Shown piece after piece: positions 1 through 12,807 of a stretch of 64,000 bases of DNA. The translations under genes were made by a program, and so were the position numbers. Each line of letters starts with the position of its first letter. Within the stretch, counting starts at the first letter, position 1. The notes below the pieces were generated by a model that was not told the origin of the DNA, searched no databases, and saw only the letters and a list, made by a program, of their open reading frames with translations. Source of the DNA: Octopus vulgaris (Eukaryota); assembly GCA_951406725.2 (NCBI GenBank), contig OX597830.1:20646001-20710000 (forward strand), in the 5' to 3' direction.

Positions 1-166
1 GCTGAATTTGACTTTCATTCTTTCGGGGCCAACAAAATAAGTACCAGTTGATGAAGATATAACTGACTTATCCATTTCCTTAAAATTACTTGTCTTGAGC
101 TAACATTTGAGATCATTATTTAGTCGGCCAGACCTATGGATCGAAACACACAGGGGCGCGTGTGTG

Positions 167-206
<40 letters not shown>

Positions 207-242
207 CGTGCTAACATTTGAGACCATTATTTAGTCGGTCTA

Positions 243-568
243 AGGCGGCGAGCTGGCAGAAACGTTAGCACGCGGGGCGAAATGCGTAGCCGTATTTCGT
301 CTGCGGCTACGTTCTGAGTTCAAATTCCGCCGAGGTCGACTTTGCTTTTCATCCTTTCGGAGTCGATAAATTAAGTACCAGTTACGAACTGGGGTCGATG
401 TAATCGACTTAATCCGTTTGTCTGTCCTTGTTTGTCTGTCCTTGTTTGTCCCCTCTATGTTTATTCGGGGTCGATAAATAAAGTACCAGTTGCGTAGTGG
501 GGTCGATCTAATCAACTGAAATTCTCACCACAAAATTCCGGATTTTGTGCCTATTTGTAGAAAGAATT
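243..568 (+). mobile_element. tRNA-derived SINE, group A, with partial internal duplication and alternative tail
   Basis: Head GGCGGCGAGCTGGCAGAAACG, B-box GAGTTCAAATTCC, central GTCGACTTTGCYTTTCATCCTTTCGG...TCGATAAATTAAGTACCAG. More than 10 homologous copies occur in the window. Confidence 0.85.
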
Positions 569-606
569 ATTTAGTCGGCCAGACCTGGATCGAAACAGTC
601 AGGTGT

Positions 607-686
<80 letters not shown>

Positions 687-1194
687 AGTGTGTGCGAGCG
701 AGTGAGTGTGTGTGATTATGTTTATGAGTATTTGAGTGCGTGAGTGCGTGTGTGTGAGTGATTGAGTTTGTGAAGGGGGAGTGCGTGTGCGTGTTCGTGT
801 GTGTGTATGTGATATATATGTATATATGTATATATGTTTGAATATGTGTGTATGTGTGTATGTGTGTCTGTGTGTCTGTGTGTGTATATGCGTGCGTGTG
901 CGTGTGCGTACGTGTATCTTGTAAGTCTTGAGTGTTCTGGGTAACAAGTAACGCAGTCCAACTTGTCCCATTGTCGGCGCCGAAACCGGTAACATCACTA
1001 AACATCATCGGTAAGAAAAATGGTTTTTGAACACGCTCAGATAAGACCTGACAAAGGTTGAGTGAGCGCAAGAAAGTCCACGGTATTTCTGTTACGTGAT
1101 ATATACGTGTTGGTATTTATAAATGTTTTAATATATTAAAATATTTATAAATTCCATCCAAGAATTTTTTTTTTTTTTTTTTTTTTTTTTTTCT

Positions 1195-1310
1195 TCTTTC
1201 AAATTTGCTTCCATTTCTTGCCGAGTGTCTTCCCGACTCCTAGGGCAAAGAAACTCATAGTATACATTGGTAGGCCATTAAACCAAACTCAATAGTTCGT
1301 TCATTTTCTT
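1195..1310 (-). mobile_element. 3' UTR fragment of RLE-type (R4/Dong-like) non-LTR retrotransposon
   Basis: Homologous to 47650-47745 (ATTTCTTGCCGAGTGTCTTCC...TATACATTGGTA), which lies directly downstream of the RLE ORF. Followed by poly(A) on the minus strand. Confidence 0.7.
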
Positions 1311-1393
1311 TTTTTAAGTTAAATTTTAAAAAAAATTTTTTTTAATATTATTATTATTATTATCATATTATTATTATTATTATTATTATTATT

Positions 1394-1925
1394 GAGTGAG
1401 AGAGCAGTTCATGCCATCAAAGTGATACTGGAGTAAAATATACGAAGCCCAGTATACCCATCATGACTACCCGTCTGATAAGGGTACACTAGGCACATGC
1501 ATCACAACCATATGTGCGCGGACATGGTGATCTCATATCAAAATAAACAGCACATGACCTTGCAGGTGGGGCCCAGTTAGAATTTTCTTCAGGTCGAGTA
1601 ACCCATCCCACTCGAAAGGTCCCTGAATAAGGGTTGTTTAAGGATGTTGAACGAAACACCCATGTTTCCAGAGGTGAATTATTCAAACCCCAAAGAATCC
1701 CTCTCAACACATGGCTATGATGCTCTCCCACTACTTCTGCTTGTGATCAGAGATGCACATATCGTCAGCCACTAAAGGACATGCTCAACTGGTTAAGGTC
1801 AAACAACTGACAAGCATATCTGTGGTATTGAGCAGAATATTTGCTGTAGCCCATCTTTTATACCAAGACAAAACAATGTACATGATGACACTTCCAATCA
1901 CTTAAGACCAGAAGCCATGAGAGCC
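1394..1925 (-). mobile_element. ~550-bp non-coding retro-like element embedded in (AAT)n, copy 1 (slightly 5'-truncated)
   Basis: Reverse-complement match to 29804-30360. Flanked on both sides by (ATT)n. Confidence 0.85.
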
Positions 1926-1995
<70 letters not shown>

Positions 1996-1998
1996 GTG

Positions 1999-2330
1999 AA
2001 GGTGCGTGGCTCAGTGGTTAGAGCGTCGAGCTTACGATCGTGAGGATGTGAGCTCGAATCCCGGACCGGGCTGCGTGTTGTGTTCTTGAGCAAGACACTT
2101 TATTTCACGTTGCTCCAGTTCACTCAGCTGTAGAAATGGGTTGCGACGTCACAGGTGCCAAGCTGTATCGGCCCCTTTGCCTTTCCCTTGGACAACATCG
2201 GTGACGTGGAGAGGGGAGGCCGGTATGCATGGGTGACTACTGGTCTTCCATAAAACAACCTTGCCCAGACTTGTGACTCAGAGGGTAACTCTCTAGGTGT
2301 AAACCCATGGTCAGTGTCTGACCAAAGGGA
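1999..2330 (+). mobile_element. tRNA-derived SINE, group C (CORE-like centre)
   Basis: A-box TGGCTCAGTGG, B-box-like GAGCTCGAATCCC, followed by GTGTTCTTGAGCAAGACACTT. Related copies at 8480, 21383 and 23100. Confidence 0.8.
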
Positions 2331-2382
2331 GTCACCACCACATCACCATTATTATTGTTGTTGTTGTTGCTGTTGTTGTTAC

Positions 2383-2497
<115 letters not shown>

Positions 2498-2507
2498 GTT
2501 ATTACTA

Positions 2508-2562
<55 letters not shown>

Positions 2563-2694
2563 TGTATTTGCATCCCAAAAAAACTGGTTCACCAGTCAGC
2601 ATCATTAGACTGTGGCCATGGAATATGATTCACAACGTTATCCGTAAACAAATTTAAAATATATGTATGTAATATATGTACATACACACACACA

Positions 2695-2919
2695 CAGGGT
2701 TTGCCAAAAGTCTCTCGAAGCTAAGTCAAAATTCCATAAACACTTAGTATTCAATTTCAATTATTCATTCCAATTATGAAAGCTGTGAGTAAAAATCACC
2801 GTTTTCTTTTTATTCAACATTTGACATTTTATTAGCGAAGTCTCATTCAGTTGTTAAACAAATAAATCATGGAATTATATGGTTTGGGTTTACTGTCAAG
2901 TCACTTTTGGTCAACCCTG
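2695..2919. mobile_element. Tc1/mariner-like MITE
   Basis: TIRs CAGGGTTTGCCAAAAGT and ACTTTTGGTCAACCCTG. Flanks are CA/TG rather than TA. Confidence 0.55.
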
Positions 2920-3488
2920 TGGGTGTATATATATATATATATATATGACCATGGTACTGAATTTTCGATGGCCTTTTCTTATGTAGCAGTACATAGGTGT
3001 CAAGCAACGGGAACAATACGAAACTGTAAGCAGTGGCAGCACTGTAAAACTAACGATTGCTTCGCAAGCTTCCAGTTAGCCATGTTCAACTTCTGCTAGG
3101 AGAACGATTTCCAGTTACGTCAGTCCACCTCGATTAATCCCCGATACGAAATTTCCAGCGTTGTTACTACGATCCACCAACTTATGGATCGGCTCCACCA
3201 ATCCAATTAGGAGCCTCTGTTACGGAAACGCTAAAATATGCTTAAACAAGTCTAGACATATTGATTTCGTTTGACGATATAGATAAAAACCGAAACAAAA
3301 ATCTATATTTATTTTTAGGATAGAAATAAATAAGAGAAGATGACCGTTAAACCGTTTAAAATAGCACCAGCGACACTTTTGTTTTGTTCTTTAACCCCTG
3401 GTCAATTCCAGTCGAGCTTATCTTTGGCACGTAGCTTGTCAGCAGTTTGATAGTTACTCGGTGTCCAATCGCGAGCCTTCCATACATA

Positions 3489-3526
<38 letters not shown>

Positions 3527-3947
3527 TTTTTAATACTTTTTGATAGTTATATATATTTAATTAAAAAAATAAATAAAAAATATTTTGTATATTATATTAA
3601 TTAATTTTATTTCTATGTTTTGGTTTATGTTTTTCACTGTTTGATTTGCCTAATAGTGGTTTTATCTATAATTTAATTTATATTTATACTGTAAAATTAG
3701 ATTTAATCCTAAATCTAATTTTTCCCTGTAAGTTAGGATTTACTCCCTAATATTATTATATATATATATACATATGCATGCATGTATGTATGTATGTATG
3801 TATGTATGTATGTATGTATGTATGTATGTATGTATGTATATATATATATATATATAGTGTAATAAATAAAATATATGCATACATACGTACATATATGTAC
3901 GTACCTACATCTACATGTATATATACATGCATATATAAATATATATA

Positions 3948-4640
3948 CGTGAGTACAGAACACCACAAATAGACGTAGAACTCAACGAGAAACGAAAACG
4001 TAAAAACAAACAGGGAATGGACCTTTTTTAACAACGAAAAAACAGAGTACAAGACAAACTACACAAGGAAAATTCCTCTTCATCAGCTGTCCCTAGTTCA
4101 ACTCCAGCGTGTTTCGAAGGTGAGGACAGAACACGACTCGTCGAACTAGCCCTTCCTGCGAAAGAATTAAATAAAATTACTTCGCAGAGGGGTAAAAACA
4201 AGGAAAGAAAAAAATGTGACAAAAACAGGACGTAAAAACGATACAAATAAAATTACAAAATAAAATACAAAATAAAAATCCAATTACGAAAAAATACAGT
4301 ACAAGAAATAAAAACAAGCAAGAAAACAAACAATGAGGGCCTTATTTTGGCCTAGACGAGGAAAGATTCTTAAGAGCGCTAGAAGAACATGTGTTCACTG
4401 TTAGGAGGCCGCAGGCGAAAGGAAGTTGTCGCCCGGCTGTGAGAGAGATGAGGAGGAGTGAGAGAGAGAGAGATAGAGGAAGAGTGAGAGAGATGAGAGA
4501 GAGAGAGAGAGATAGGGAAGGAAGGGAAGGTCAAGCAAAGGGTTAAGAGTTTCGCGTCATAATTATATATAAAAACTTACTTGGAGGAGATGAAACGAAA
4601 CGAAACGAGTCGAATCGACGCGAGGGCGCTCAGTCATACA
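3948..4640 (-). mobile_element. Unclassified retro-like insert bracketed by ~60-bp direct repeats
   Basis: Direct repeats at 3854-3916 and 4641-4699. Segment 3948-4135 is homologous to 39760-39933. Confidence 0.5.
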
Positions 4641-4710
4641 ATAGTGTAATAAATAAAATATATGCATACATACATATATGTACGTACCTACATCTACATA
4701 TATATATATA

Positions 4711-4736
4711 CTAGCAGAGATACCCGGCGTTGCCCG
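4711..4736 (-). mobile_element. Helitron 3' terminus
   Basis: Minus strand reads CGGGCAACGCCGGG-TATCTCTG-CTAG followed by T, matching the 3' end of the element at 58140-58422. Confidence 0.65.
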
Positions 4737-5715
4737 TGTCACATGACATTGAAGAATTAAACATTTCTTTTATATTTTCTCTAATAATCTGGAATTCTCA
4801 TGATTTGAATTTCATCAAAATTGCAGACGAAGGATTTTAATGAGGGTTCTTTCCTTCTTTACATCTTGAACAAGTATGTTGTTCTATAGCTCTGGGCCGA
4901 CTAATGTCTTGTGAGAGAACTTGATAGACGGAAACTGTGGGAGCCTTTTGTATACAAGTGTGTGTGTTTAAGTGTGTGTGCGTGTATGTGTTCAAGTGTG
5001 TATGTGTATGCAAGTGTGTGTGTGTGCATGAGTGTGTCTGTGTGTGTGCGCACGCGCACATATGTGTCCATGTGTGGTGTGTGTGATTGTGTGTATGTGT
5101 GTGCGCGTATGTGCGTGCGTACGTGCGTGTGTATGTATGAGTGTGTGTGTGCATATGTGTGTGTGCGTATGTGTTGTGTGTCTGAGGATGTGTATGTATC
5201 TGTGTGTCTCTTTGTGTCTTTGTCCCCCACCACATACTGACAGACGACTGACGTTAGTTTGTTTACGTCCCTGTAACTTGGCGTTTCAGTAAGAGAGCAA
5301 TATAGAATACGTACCAGAGTTTGAGAAATAAGTTCTGAGATGGAAAGCGCTGCCCCGGCATGGCCGCAGTCGAACGACTGAAACATGTACAAGACAAAAA
5401 TTAATTAAATCACCGTTGAAAAAGGAAAAAAAGAAAAAAAAAGATAAAATGGATGTTCATATTTGGAAGGTCTTTGATCATAGGTCTACTGAATCGGGGG
5501 TCAATTTTGGTGCAAGATCGCAACAACATCAGCAAAAACTACAACAACAACAACAATGAAATAAATTCTTGAATTAGACGCAAATATACCCAGTTTCGTT
5601 GGTATTATGTGTCTCTGGAAATCCACGTCGAGCAGTATGCGGCGTGCCACAGAGTATTGGTTATATGAGAGTATTGTAGTTCGCTTGAAGCATTGTGTAT
5701 TGTTTGCAAAGAATA

Positions 5716-6559
5716 AAATGTTTCGAATGGTACAACAATGCAGTTATAACACAAACAATGGGCTATATACCTGTTGTCATTTTAACCATCCATAGTCTGA
5801 TAATATTTCGGAATAAAATTCCTTCCTGAGATACCCCTAGGAATTGATAGAGTCGCTGCTATAATCGGTTATAGCAGCGATTCCATCAATTCCTAGGGAT
5901 ATCCGAGGAACGAATTTTATTCCGAAATATTATCAGACTCTCTCTTTTACTCTTTTACTTGTTTCAGTCATTTGACTGCGGCCATGCTGGAGCACCGCCT
6001 TTTTTTTTTAGTCGAGCAAATCGACCCCGCGACTTATTCTTTGTAAGCCCAGTACTTATTCTATCGGTCTCTTTTGCCGAACCGCTAAGTGACGGGGACG
6101 TAAACACACTAGCATCGGTTGTTAAGCAATGCTAGGGGACAAACACAGACACACAAACACATACACACACACATATATATACATATATACGACAGGCTTC
6201 TTTCAGTTTCCGTCTACCAAATCCACTCACAAGGCATTGGTCGGCCCGGGGCTATAGCAGAAGACACTTGCCCAAGATGCCACGCAGTGGGACTGAACCC
6301 GGAACTATGTGGTTGGTTAGCAAGCTACTTACCACACAGCCACTCCTGCGCCTATAGGGTGGTTAAATTATATGGATGGTTAAATTACAACAGTCGCTGC
6401 TATAATTGGTTATAGCAGCGATTCCATCAATTCCTAGGGATATCTGAGGAAGGAATTTTATTCCGAAATATTATATCAGACTATGGGTGACTAAATTACA
6501 ACAGGTAATATAGCCCATTGTTTGTATTATAGTGCATTGTTGTACCATTCAAAACATTT
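5716..6559. repeat. Large palindrome (foldback/MITE-like) with duplicated right arm and SINE insertion
   Basis: Left arm 5716-5866 pairs with 5867-5939 and again with ~6408-6559. The centre GCTGCTATAA-x-TTATAGCAGC occurs twice. Confidence 0.8.
5941..6352 (-). mobile_element. Full-length tRNA-derived SINE, group B (CORE-like, octopus OR-type)
   Basis: Head GGCGCAGGAGTGGCTGTGTGG, B-box GGTTCAGTCCC, CORE-like CTTGGGCAAGTG, internal (AT)/(GT) tract, tail CATGGCCGCAGTCAAATGACTGAAACAAGTAAAAG. Confidence 0.9.
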
Positions 6560-6578
6560 GATGGTTATATGTTACACC

Positions 6579-6995
6579 CAGCGCTGGATAAAACAATTAG
6601 CAAGATAAACAGATGCTTAGGGCATCAAAGAAAGGAGGCGGGGGACACCGTAGAAATGGAAAATAGTTTACGGCACAAAAGACAATCACTTTAAACTTGC
6701 TAAAATAACACTCGAAGTTGTTTATGAGTGTCCATGGTATGATAGCAAGGATCTGATCAAAGACTTTGCAATTAAAACAAAAAAAAAACAGTAGAAAACC
6801 TTTCAAATATAAATAAAGTGGAAGTATACAAAATTAGAACATCATTTTCCTCTTGCTCTTAAATTTGTATCATTTTGAAAAAAAAAAAAAAAAATTTCCT
6901 TGTTTATTATTATTTATATTTGGGAATACATAAATATGAAGGCACTAGAATCCTTTAAGCGCTTTCAAGTGCTTAAGGGTCTTGATCCGGCCCTG
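6579..6995. mobile_element. hAT-like MITE
   Basis: TIR-like CAGCGCTGGATAAAAC and GTCTTGATCCGGCCCTG. Degenerate 8-bp TSD GTTACACC / GTTATGCG. Confidence 0.55.
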
Positions 6996-7186
6996 GTTAT
7001 GCGTATAAGTTGATTAATCAATGCGATGTTCCCTATGTTTGGGTGCTGGCCTGGTAAAACTAGCAGCTAAATCTTCTTCAAATCACACAGCCATACCGCT
7101 TTAAATGAAGGATACATTGTTATACTATATCTGAAAATAAAACTAGATGGTCACGGGTGAATAGTTGTTGATTAAAGCACAGCATA

Positions 7187-7305
<119 letters not shown>

Positions 7306-7394
7306 TGTATGTATATATATGTATATATATATATGTATATATATGTATATATATATGTATATATATGTATATATATATATATGTGTGTGTGTAT

Positions 7395-7425
<31 letters not shown>

Positions 7426-7449
7426 CATGCATTTATGGATGGATGAATG

Positions 7450-7602
7450 CGACGGGCTTCTTTCAATTCCCGTCTAACGAATCCACTCACAAGCCCAGGA
7501 GCTATAGTAGAAGACACTTGTCCAAGGTGCCACGCAATGGGATTGAACCCGGAACCATGTGGTTGGAAACCAAATTTCTTACCACACAGCCATGCCTGCG
7601 CC
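7450..7602 (-). mobile_element. SINE group B, 5' part
   Basis: Homology to the head of 5941-6352. Confidence 0.8.
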
Positions 7603-8188
7603 TGATGGTGAACTGTTTGGTATTATAAGCTTTCTGGTATCTTTGAAGTACAACCGGTAACACAATGGAATGGTGGAAGGAGAAACACTGTGTCTCCTAG
7701 ACTCTGTAGAATTTTAAAAAGGACCACGTCCCTTTTTCTTATATGTAGTCAGCATTACAGTTAATAGAATCAACCAGAAGAAAGAGAATAGCCTACGACT
7801 ATTGTGTTAATAACCAGTTATATAATCGGTTCAACTGCAGGCCGACCGGTAGACGCGCTGGAATTAGCAGCACAGATGCCAGCGAACGAAACTCTGAGTT
7901 GCCGGTTAACCGTGCTAGAAGTAGCAGATGAATAACTAAGATAAATAGTGTCTCTCCCGTTTAAAGGGTGACATTTTTGGATAATACAAAGAGTCTTATA
8001 AAACACGGAGTCTGGTAAAAACTTAACGGGATGGGGACAAATAAGATATTTTTTTTTATCTTGGGACTCCTGAAACAAGGCTGACTTCGTGTCTAACACC
8101 AGAAACAACGGTTTGGTTTAAACGGATATACCGCGGATTTTCGCACGTTAAAACATCAATATTTTAGTAATGTCATGTGTGTGTGTGT

Positions 8189-8246
<58 letters not shown>

Positions 8247-8248
<2 letters not shown>

Positions 8249-8477
8249 CGGCGAGTTGGCAGAAACGTTAGCACGCCGGGCGAAAAGCTTAGCGGTATTT
8301 CGTCTGCCGCTACGTTCTGAGTTCAAATTCCGCCGAGGTCGACTTTGCCTTTCCTTCTTTCGGGGTCGATTAAATAAGTACCAGTTACGCACTGGGGTCG
8401 ATGTAATCGACTTAATCCGTTTGTCTGTCCTTGTTTGTCCCCTCTGTTTTTAGCCCCTTGTGGGTAGTAAAGAAATA
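8247..8477 (+). mobile_element. Full-length SINE group A
   Basis: Complete from head to tail AGCCCCTTGTGGGTAGTAAAGAAAT. Confidence 0.9.
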
Positions 8478-8479
8478 GG

Positions 8480-8722
8480 TATTTACGGTCGCTAGATCGT
8501 GGGTTCGAATCTCTGACTGGGCGGCGCGTTGTGTTCTTGAGCAAAACACGTCGTTTCATATTGCTTCAGACACCCCCGCTTCGGTCAAGGGTTGGGGTGG
8601 GGGAATATCGGCCTGGTCGCGTAGCCAGCGGTGTGGTGCCGTTTGAAGCCTAAAACAATGCAGAACTGCATTGTAACCAGCGATGTGTAACAACATCTGA
8701 TATCCTGGTGGGACACGTGATC
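8480..8722 (+). mobile_element. SINE group C (head truncated by the SINE-A insertion)
   Basis: B-box GGTTCGAATC and GTGTTCTTGAGCAAAACAC. Tail shared with 21590-21700 and 50305-50415. Confidence 0.7.
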
Positions 8723-9180
8723 ACATGTGTGTGTCTGTGTCTGTGTGTGTGTAGACAAAGTAGCTAGTTAGAAAATCTCCAGAACTGAAAGTAGTTCCTA
8801 TACCGGAAGTCATGTCTATCGCCACATCAATATGGCTGCTCGGTGTTACTGTCGTTTTTAACCGCAGGAAGAGCCTCCTCCAGCTGGTTATCGGTGCAAT
8901 CTGAACCCGGTATATATTGCAAGCAGGGGAGTGGACCCCTACCATCTTCTAGCAGACGACGGGATCACCAGACCGAACGCCTTCGAGCTATTTGTGCCCA
9001 TCGTCCAATAAAAAGACAAAGATTTTTATCACATCTTTAACGATTAGTACCGACACTGCTTTCAACGCCATTTCACGCTAAAGTTTCAGATGAAAAATTT
9101 CACATAAGATTTGTGGTTTTGAACATTCGAGTGGCACTTCCGAGGAGCTGCACCGAAAGTGGAATCTTTCTATCTTTCTA

Positions 9181-9319
9181 TAGTAGGGCCCTTCGTCCCA
9201 CCATATAAAAGAATTTTAATTTAAATACTTACTACTTATAACTCGGCATTTTAGTAAGTATTTAAGTAGTAGTATCTAAATTAAAATTCTTTTATATGGT
9301 GGGACGAATGGGCCTACTA
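9181..9319. mobile_element. Small palindromic MITE-like element with TAG...CTA termini
   Basis: Near-perfect ~45-bp arms TAGTAGGGCCCTTCGTCCCACCATATAAAAGAATTTTAATTTA and TAAATTAAAATTCTTTTATATGGTGGGACGAATGGGCCTACTA. Confidence 0.7.
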
Positions 9320-9345
9320 TCTCTAAATGAAAAAATATATATATT

Positions 9346-9382
<37 letters not shown>

Positions 9383-9606
9383 ATACATTTATGAATGTAT
9401 GTATGCATTTATGTATGTATGTATGCATTTATGTATGCATGTATGTATGTATGTATGTAGGTAGGTAGATAGGTAGGTAGGTAGGTAGGTAGGTAGGTAG
9501 GTAGGTTTGTAGGTAGGTAAGTAGGTAGGTAGGTAGGTAGGTAGGTAGGTAGGTAGGTAGGTATACATGCAAGTATAGATAGAGAGACAGACACAGGGGT
9601 ACGTAT

Positions 9607-9665
<59 letters not shown>

Positions 9666-9666
9666 T

Positions 9667-9736
9667 GTTTCTTTATTAGCCACACAGGGCTGCACACAGA
9701 TAGAACAAATTACAAGGTAGAGCTTTTCTTTTGAAG

Positions 9737-9770
<34 letters not shown>

Positions 9771-10754
9771 AGGGGAGTTTCGATCAAAAGGGATCGTAAA
9801 AGGAGAGAAAGAGGACAAAAAAAGGGGTTAAAAAAAAGGGGGAGAGGAAAAAAATTGATCAATAGGGATCGTTATCACAGAAATGTCAATATGAAGTGTA
9901 AAGGGGAGGACAGGTGAGGTTTACCCGTGGAAAGAAAAGCCTACGGAAAAGACCACGGTAACCTCGGTCAATGAAGTCACATTTTATATTTCTTTTTTTT
10001 TTTTTTGCAAATAAGCAACTCTCTGTTTTCGATTTCTGGGTTCATAGGACTATGCTCAAGGTGGCTTCGTCATTCATACGTGCCATTCTTGCTACATTCA
10101 CCCATCTTTTTTTAAAACATTCGCTAGACAAAACTTGCCTCTCTACTCTCACTTTCCTTTTCAAGTGGTACTTGAAGAAGTTGATGAGAGATTGACCAGA
10201 GAGGAAAGTGTTTGTCTCCAATCCTTTCAGACGCGTCCACCAGATACATTCTTTCGCCATAGCCACAAGGATGATGAAAATAGCTCTTCCTTCCCGTTTG
10301 AAGGAAGGAGGCGTGACAATATTGACGATAGACTCAGCTGATAAACCGACTCGTCCCACACGTGACAGCAGTTGTTCGACATAAGCCCACAGGTCGGAAA
10401 TTGTTGGACACTGAACGAGTGCGTGCAGAACGGTTTCGTCGCTCTGACCGCATCTCGGGCAGGTCGGCCCCGTGTTTCTCGAGCCGTGTCTGTAGAGCTT
10501 ATCCCGAACGGGTAGCGCTTCTCGGTAGCACTGCCAGGCCAGGGATCTCTGGAAGTTGTCCATGGGCCCTGGCCCGAAAGTCGTCCTGAACAGGCGGGTC
10601 AGGTACTCCTCGTCGACGTCCAGGTTCGCCCCGAGCTCGTCGTCGTACCTCCCCTCCACTAAACCCCTATAGAATGCTTTGGTTGTGTTGAAGTCACTTA
10701 AGGTCGACCCAGGACGGCAGAGTTGCTTGAGAGCAACGCGACACTCGCGGTGCC
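9667..10754 (-). mobile_element. 5'-truncated Tx1/L1-clade LINE (ORF2 C-terminus with zf-RVT, plus 3' UTR)
   Basis: Open frame 10042-10754 with AWQCYREALPVRDKL...CPRCGQSDETVLHALVQCP...W (CCHC zinc finger typical of L1/Tx1 ORF2). T-rich 3' UTR ends AATAAAGAAAC. Inserted in a (TA)/(TATC) microsatellite. Confidence 0.85.
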
Positions 10755-10850
10755 ATATATATATATATATATACATACACACATATATATATATATATAT
10801 ATACATACACACACATATATATATATATATACATACACACATATATATAT

Positions 10851-10923
<73 letters not shown>

Positions 10924-11431
10924 CGCTTCAATGCTGTACATCTTTCCACTTGACAGACAGTCATGAAACTGACAAAATCTACCCGTTTCTTTTAACAGCA
11001 CATTTACATGTCACTAAGTAAAACAGTAGACACCAGCTACGCCATCTCTGATGAGGTCTAAATCATAGGTAACAATACGCTATAAAACTGGTGATCTGAT
11101 CTCTTTTAGTCTCATTAACCCTAGGCTACGTTGGCCGGTTAGTAAGTATGACTAAGATGAGCGTACTCGTGTGTCTGTATTTCTTGGTATTTGTGCAGTG
11201 TATGTGATGCAAGAACTGCATATAATGAAATATTATGCATACTAATAATACATATACAATGTATATCGTGTGTCCGTTATGTGTAAATGTGTGTATGTGT
11301 ATGTGTGTTTGTGTGTATGTGTGTGTGTGTGCGCGCGTGTGTGTGTGGCAATTAATTCGTTGTCATAAAACTCAGTTTCGGATACCGGGGCTGAAGTCTG
11401 CTCCGGCATCTCAGTTATATATATGTGTGTG

Positions 11432-11462
<31 letters not shown>

Positions 11463-11558
11463 TGTATGTGGTCACGGCGTTCGATTCGCAATCCTATTTC
11501 ACTGACAGTGCTCCAGTATGGCCACAGACATTGGGCCGAAACATGTAAAAGAATATGT

Positions 11559-11621
<63 letters not shown>

Positions 11622-11655
11622 CAGAAAGGTAGATATAGATATGCATGTATGCATG

Positions 11656-11700
<45 letters not shown>

Positions 11701-11766
11701 TCTAACATAGATATACACATACTTTTATAGTAAATATCCAAATGTACATAAATGTGTGTGTTTATA

Positions 11767-11802
<36 letters not shown>

Positions 11803-12078
11803 TGTATGTATGTATATGCAGAGAGAGAGAGAGAGAGAGAGAGAATATGCGTATGTATATGTGTGCGTATATATATATATATATATATATGAATGTGTGT
11901 ATGTATATATAAATGATTGTATGTATACATGCTTATATATACATGACTGTGTAAGTATATTTATATTTACATATAAATAGTTCTAAGGATATACATAATT
12001 ATGCAAATTTTCTAATATATATGTATGTGTATACATACATATCTGTATGTGCATACATATATGTATTTATATATGTGC

Positions 12079-12116
<38 letters not shown>

Positions 12117-12641
12117 GCACACATTCATACATACATACACACGCATTTATATATCTATAGATATAGATGTAGATATAGATATATATATAAGAAAATAAGT
12201 ATACATTTACATATATATTGAGTGCGTTGTCGGGTGTGATGTGTGTATACTCACACACACTAATACACACACACACACACACTCACACACACACACACAC
12301 ATACAACACACACACACTACACTGGCTGCAAAAGTTAACCTGTGATAGTAGCCAGACATTAGAATTACACAGGCCTAACTAATCGATACAGCCCAATCAA
12401 TACAAACACAGATGCCACACTCATTACACAGGAGTCTATCTTCTGAAACTGTTAAAAGTTGATCTGGGTACGTTGTGTGGAGTGCATCCTACATCAAAGT
12501 CCTCGCCGAAGAAAGACATCAGTTTGTGATAAGATCGGAAACCTATGTCTTCCTATTATAATATGTATGTATTGCAAGGTGTTTGTGTATATGTGTATAT
12601 ATATAAATATATATATACGTATGTATATATGTATGTATGTA

Positions 12642-12807
<166 letters not shown>

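Noticed and set aside
930-1006. GCCGAAACCGGTAACA, possible hammerhead 3' half
   Set aside because: The upstream core CTGGGTA is too degenerate and there is no convincing stem II.
1999-2070. tRNA-like sequences at SINE heads
   Set aside because: No proper acceptor stem, and they continue into SINE bodies.
7818-8108. 96-aa ORF in unique sequence
   Set aside because: No motif or splice evidence.
10755-11001. N-terminal part of the 319-aa ORF
   Set aside because: Microsatellite read-through. Only 10042-10754 is LINE ORF2.
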